From Chloroflexota bacterium (GTDB lineage Bacteria; Chloroflexota; UBA11872; VXOZ01), in the NCBI GenBank assembly GCA_022824225.1, contig JAJEAH010000046.1, forward strand, positions 16,910-80,909: DNA of 64,000 nt, in the 5' to 3' direction. This document shows positions 60,570 through 64,000 of this stretch, piece after piece (position 1 is the stretch's first letter; each line of letters starts with the position of its first letter). The notes under the pieces are model-generated. The model did no database searches. It saw only the letters and a program-made list of their open reading frames with translations, and was not told the DNA's origin. A program made the translations under genes and the position numbers.

Positions 60570-61075
60570 TAGCGCGCAACTCCTCTCGACATTTAGGGTT
60601 CCCAGCGGATATTATACGAGAGGAAGAATTTCCCCGTTCGCACCCGGCGGGCTTTCCGGTTGCCGCCGCAGCACACGGTGCAGTGCGGAAAGACCGCGAC
60701 TGCCGCCGCAGACCGGCAGCGGCTCGCCGGTAGACCACGCCTGCGCCCGGTGCGCCGACCCGCCAAGATCAGGTTGCGCCTGTTCCGACGCCAAGACTCG
60801 CTCAAGCCGCGGCAAGCCCAGCCCGAATGGAATTCGCGGCGCGGGGACAGCCGGCGGGATATAGCAAGCGAGGCAAGCCGCCTTGCCGCGCCGGCGCAGT
60901 CGAGGCCCCCCACACGGGTGGCGGACCCCATGAGAGTGGGGGATCCCACGCAAGTGGGAACGTCGCGGCGGCCCAGGTGAGCGCAGGGGGCGCTTGCTGC
61001 CGAGCAGACTCCGCGCGGGGGATTTCCGCCACAAACTGCACAGGCCCTCTACGCACATACCGGGAGCTACGATTC

Positions 61076-62650
61076 TTGCGACGGCGCGCCCTCTTTTCCC
61101 AAGCCCTTGGCGGCGTCCTGGCGGCGGCGTTGGCGCCGTCGCTTGCGGCCTGTGGCGACAAACCGTCTGGCGGCGTGGTGCGCGTTCTCGCGCCGCTGCC
61201 GGAGAGGCTCGAACCGGAGTCGCTGCAGACCGACCTGGACGCCCTCTTGGCCGCACATGTGTACAGCGGTCTCGTGACACTGAACCCGGAGGGCGAACCC
61301 ATACCGGACTTGGCGCAACGGTGGTCAATTTCCCAGGACGGCCGCACATACACGTTCCCACTGCGGCCCAACGTCCGCTACCACGACGGCGAGCGGCTCA
61401 TAGCGCCGCACGTCAAAGCAGCCTGGGAGCGCGCGCTTCACCCCCAGACTGAAGCGCCGGCCGCCATGCGGGTACTCGGCAAGATTGCGGGCGTAGCCCG
61501 GTACCGCAATGGGCTCGCCCCGGAGATCAGCGGAGTCCGCGCCCCCGACGACCGTACGTTGGAAGTCGATCTCGCGGAACCCGACGTTTCCTTTCCCGCC
61601 CAACTTGCGCATCCGTTGACGTATGTCGCGCCCCCCGGGGCCGGGTCGGGCCGCCGCATGCCGGTGGGCGCCGGTCCCTTTGCCGCGGTGGCGTGGGTCC
61701 CCGGCGCCTCGCTCTCTCTGGTCCGCAACGAGGAGTTCTACGGGTTCGAGCCCTTGCTGGACGGCATAGAGATCATGGGCGGCGCGGACGCGGATTCGCT
61801 GCAGCAGTACGCCCAGGACGCGGTGGACATCCTGTACATTGGCGCCAACGACATCTTGCTCGCCCTCGACCGGAACAACCCGGTGAACAAGGACCTGCAA
61901 TCCCATGACGGCTTGGACATGACGTACCTTGCCATGAACAACCGCATCCCGCCTTTCGACGACGAAGGCGTGCGCCGGGCCTTTGCCATGGTCATCGACC
62001 GGGCCGCCATCGCGGAAGAGATCTTTGCGCATACCGTGGGCAAGGCCGAGACCCTCCTCTTGCCGTCTCTGGCGCAATCCGGCGAGAGCCCCGCGGCCGA
62101 ATACGACGTCTCCAAAGCGCGCCAGTCGCTGGCGGAATCGCGCTACCGCGACATTGGCAACCTGCCCGAGGTCACGTTTACGGTACCGGGCACGCGCGGC
62201 CCCCCGCCGTCGCACATTCTGGCGCTCACCACCATGGTCCAACAACACCTCGGCGCGCAGATTCGCATCCAGCGCGAACCGTGGGATACGTTCGTGGACA
62301 ACCTTGACAGGCGGCAGAACCCCTACCAACTGTTCTTGTTCACGTGGCACGCCGACTATCCCGATCCACAGGCCGTACTCGACCCGCTATTCCGCTCGAA
62401 TAGCCTGACGAATTATAGCGGCTACGCCGACCAGGAAGTGGACGCGCTGCTGCTGGCGGCCCGGGGCGAACGGGATCGTGAACGGCGCTTGGCGACCATG
62501 GCGTCCATCGAGGAACGCGTGGCAGCCGACGCGCCGGTTACGCCCTTGTGGCACACGAAGTCCTATCTGCTCATCAAGCCGTGGGTGCGCGACGTGCGCC
62601 TTTCCGCCGTGGCCCGCCCGTGGCTGAATCAGGTTTATCTGGACGACTAG
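61076..62650 (+). CDS. ABC transporter substrate-binding protein, family 5 (peptide/nickel type) lipoprotein
   Basis: TTG 61076 follows GGGAG plus a 9-nt spacer. This gives MRRRALFSQALGGVLAAALAPSLAACG, a Tat-like RRR with a lipobox. Body motif LVTLNPEGEPIPDLAQRWSISQDGRTYTFPLR. The maximal ORF starts at 60827. Confidence 0.8.
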   Translation: MRRRALFSQALGGVLAAALAPSLAACGDKPSGGVVRVLAPLPERLEPESLQTDLDALLAAHVYSGLVTLNPEGEPIPDLAQRWSISQDGRTYTFPLRPNVRYHDGERLIAPHVKAAWERALHPQTEAPAAMRVLGKIAGVARYRNGLAPEISGVRAPDDRTLEVDLAEPDVSFPAQLAHPLTYVAPPGAGSGRRMPVGAGPFAAVAWVPGASLSLVRNEEFYGFEPLLDGIEIMGGADADSLQQYAQDAVDILYIGANDILLALDRNNPVNKDLQSHDGLDMTYLAMNNRIPPFDDEGVRRAFAMVIDRAAIAEEIFAHTVGKAETLLLPSLAQSGESPAAEYDVSKARQSLAESRYRDIGNLPEVTFTVPGTRGPPPSHILALTTMVQQHLGAQIRIQREPWDTFVDNLDRRQNPYQLFLFTWHADYPDPQAVLDPLFRSNSLTNYSGYADQEVDALLLAARGERDRERRLATMASIEERVAADAPVTPLWHTKSYLLIKPWVRDVRLSAVARPWLNQVYLDD

Positions 62651-62812
62651 GCCCGCGACGCCGTAGCCGGCTGACCCGCCATTCGCCACGCGGGGGCCGC
62701 GTGCAGAAATCCGTTCCTGCTCTGTGGCGGCGCTTCCTGCTCTGTGGTGGCGCTTAACCATTACGTTCGCGTAAAAAACTGCCGAAAAGCGCCGAATCCC
62801 GCCTTATTTGGG

Positions 62813-62841
62813 TTGCAGTCCAGAACTCTTGGTGGTATATT
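62813..62841 (+). promoter_or_regulatory. Putative sigma70-type promoter (TTGCAG-17-TATATT)
   Basis: TTGCAG at 62813..62818 and TATATT at 62836..62841. The 17-nt spacer was counted base by base. Confidence 0.5.
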
Positions 62842-62854
62842 AACCGCGTAACGA

Positions 62855-62962
62855 AGCGCCAAATCCACAATTGGAGCGGGGGACCCGACTTTGGGGTGAA
62901 CCGCAGTTGCGCGGAGGGTGACTCTTTCCACCCTAACCCGACAGCTAACCTCGCCGGCGATA
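62855..62962 (+). promoter_or_regulatory. c-di-AMP riboswitch aptamer (ydaO/kimA class)
   Basis: CGCCAAAUCC-aca-AUUGGAGCGGGGGACCC ... GGGGUGAACC ... P-stem AGGGUG/CACCCU ... AACCCGACAGCUAACCUCG ... closing GGCG. These strings match the conserved cores I recall from B. subtilis ydaO and the Thermoanaerobacter crystal constructs (..GGGGGACCCA.., ..GGGGUGAAUC.., ..ACCCGACAGCUAAC..). Confidence 0.75.
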
Positions 62963-62965
62963 GAG

Positions 62966-63002
62966 AGAGCTTTTGGCTAACCATGCCAAGAAAGCTCTTT
63001 TT
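62966..63002 (+). terminator. Intrinsic terminator forming the riboswitch expression platform
   Basis: AGAGCTTTTGGC-taaccat-GCCAAGAAAGCTCT followed by TTTT. Confidence 0.7.
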
Positions 63003-63171
63003 GTGATTAATGGTCAGTTTGCGCCAAACTTTCCGCCAACACAGGGCCCAATGCCCCACGTTAGCCCCGTCCGCCTCCGGGACACGATCACCAAAGGCGC
63101 TACTTCTGACTTTCCACTGATAGGAATGTGTATTCTGGTCTCCTCCTGAATGCTCCTCCTGTTCGCACCAC

Positions 63172-63210
63172 CCCACACCGGTCCTTTCCCCCAAGGGCCG
63201 GTGTGGGTTT
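63172..63210 (+). terminator. GC-rich hairpin with a short T-run (candidate second terminator)
   Basis: CCCACACCGG (63172..63181) pairs with CCGGTGTGGG (63198..63207). The stem can be extended by TCCTT/AAGG. Followed only by TTT. Confidence 0.45.
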
Positions 63211-63434
63211 AACGGCCCAGAACCCTGTCTGAGGCCCGCCGTCCGCTCCGCCCCACACGTGCTGCAGCCGCCGAACCGCATTGAGACTTCCCTGCCGCGG
63301 CGGCGCGCCCCGGCCTGGTTACGCAGCTTGCCGGGGAGTCCAGACCGCGAACGCTGTCCGTGGCCGCCTGCGCCGCACGTACCGGTCGCCCGCTACTGCC
63401 CGTGGTCGCGGGCGTTAACGCTACAATACTGCGT

Positions 63435-64000
63435 ATGCCAAAGGTTCTTCACATTGTCACGTCACTTGCGGTTGGCGGTGTTCAGAATCACCTCAAGACC
63501 CTCATTGCCGGCCTGGCAAAACACGGCTGGCACAGCGACGTCGTCTATTTCAAAGACCCGGCTATGTTGGCGGAGCTGGCGCCCTTGGCAGGGAGCGTGC
63601 GCCGCGTCGCGCTGGGCAGGTGGCCAAATCCAAGAGCATTCTGGCAACTCCACCGCCACATTTTGTCCGGTGACTACGACCTGGTCCACACCCATCTCCT
63701 GAAGGCGGATGCCGTGGGCGCTGTGGCCGGCCGGCTGGCGGGCGTGCCCGTGGTAAGCACGAAGCATAATGACGAGCGCGCCCTGCTCAACCCGGCCGTG
63801 GCCGCGGTTCACGGCCTGCTCTGTCGTCTCAACGCCCGCGTCATCGTCATCTCGGCGCACGTGGGAGACTTCATGCGCACCCGGGGTAGGGCCCCGTCCG
63901 AGGCCATGGTCCGCGTGCCGTACGGCCTCGAGTACTCATCCACCGCGCCGGCAAACAGCGCGAGGACCGGCGCAGGCGAGCGCCGCTTCATCAGCGTCGG
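63435..64000 (+). CDS. Family-4 glycosyltransferase, N-terminal part (runs off the window)
   Basis: Own translation gives MPKVLHIVTSLAVGGVQNHLKTLIAGLAKHGWHSDVVYF...YDLVHTHLLKADAVGAVAGRLAGVPVVSTKHN... No stop before 64000. Not in the ORF track because it is partial. Confidence 0.8.
   Translation, partial: MPKVLHIVTSLAVGGVQNHLKTLIAGLAKHGWHSDVVYFKDPAMLAELAPLAGSVRRVALGRWPNPRAFWQLHRHILSGDYDLVHTHLLKADAVGAVAGRLAGVPVVSTKHNDERALLNPAVAAVHGLLCRLNARVIVISAHVGDFMRTRGRAPSEAMVRVPYGLEYSSTAPANSARTGAGERRFISV

Noticed and set aside
62846-63215. tmRNA or RNase P RNA, suggested by the ~365-nt promoter-to-hairpin length
   Set aside because: There is no tRNA-like 3' end (no GGTTCGA..TCC..CCACCA), no plausible ..ALAA tag ORF and no GGAAAGTCCGGGC or ACAGAAACCCGGCTTA RNase P cores. 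The 5' third matches the c-di-AMP riboswitch instead.
62754-63281. 175-aa minus-strand ORF spanning the riboswitch region
   Set aside because: It runs antisense to a promoter-riboswitch-terminator unit. It has no motif, an odd composition and no RBS. It is most likely spurious.

Overview
This is a high-GC bacterial chromosomal segment. Hand counts of 100-nt samples give about 70% GC in typical genes. I find roughly 50 protein genes and no rRNA, tRNA, cas, transposase or integrase gene. The backbone is housekeeping: lon, rpmH-rnpA-yidD-yidC-jag, birA, rsmI, a two-ORF NAD synthetase, fhs, dxr-rseP and thiI. Interleaved with it is a paralog-rich metabolic set. That set has four Gfo/Idh/MocA oxidoreductases (two of them tandem paralogs), two DegT-type and one class-III aminotransferase, and two DUF3604-like hydrolases. 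It also has a PhyH dioxygenase, an FAH-family enzyme, an aldo/keto reductase, an Fe-ADH, an M14 peptidase and an SBP. Five things stand out. (1) A c-di-AMP (ydaO/kimA-class) riboswitch at 62855..62962 has its own promoter and terminator. It is followed by a CU-rich non-coding stretch and a second hairpin, not by an obvious ORF. (2) Nearly every long intergenic region is colonised by several families of hairpin or MITE-like repeats. These often form phase-locked tandem arrays with periods of 9, 16, 20, 25, 26, 30-32 and 60-61 bp. Three ORFs carry repeats in frame, and the two tandem arrays among them have periods divisible by 3 (21 and 24 bp). (3) A low-GC islet carries an overlapping small-protein plus retropepsin-like aspartic protease pair. 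(4) A divergent enolase paralog is translationally coupled to an MtnK-like kinase behind an AbrB-type regulator. (5) There are several smaller oddities. rnpA has no canonical start codon. A DUF2283 gene has TAA at its conserved Tyr codon. One MITE has terminal inverted repeats and a 9-bp target duplication. All family assignments come from motif recognition by eye and memory; no database search was run.
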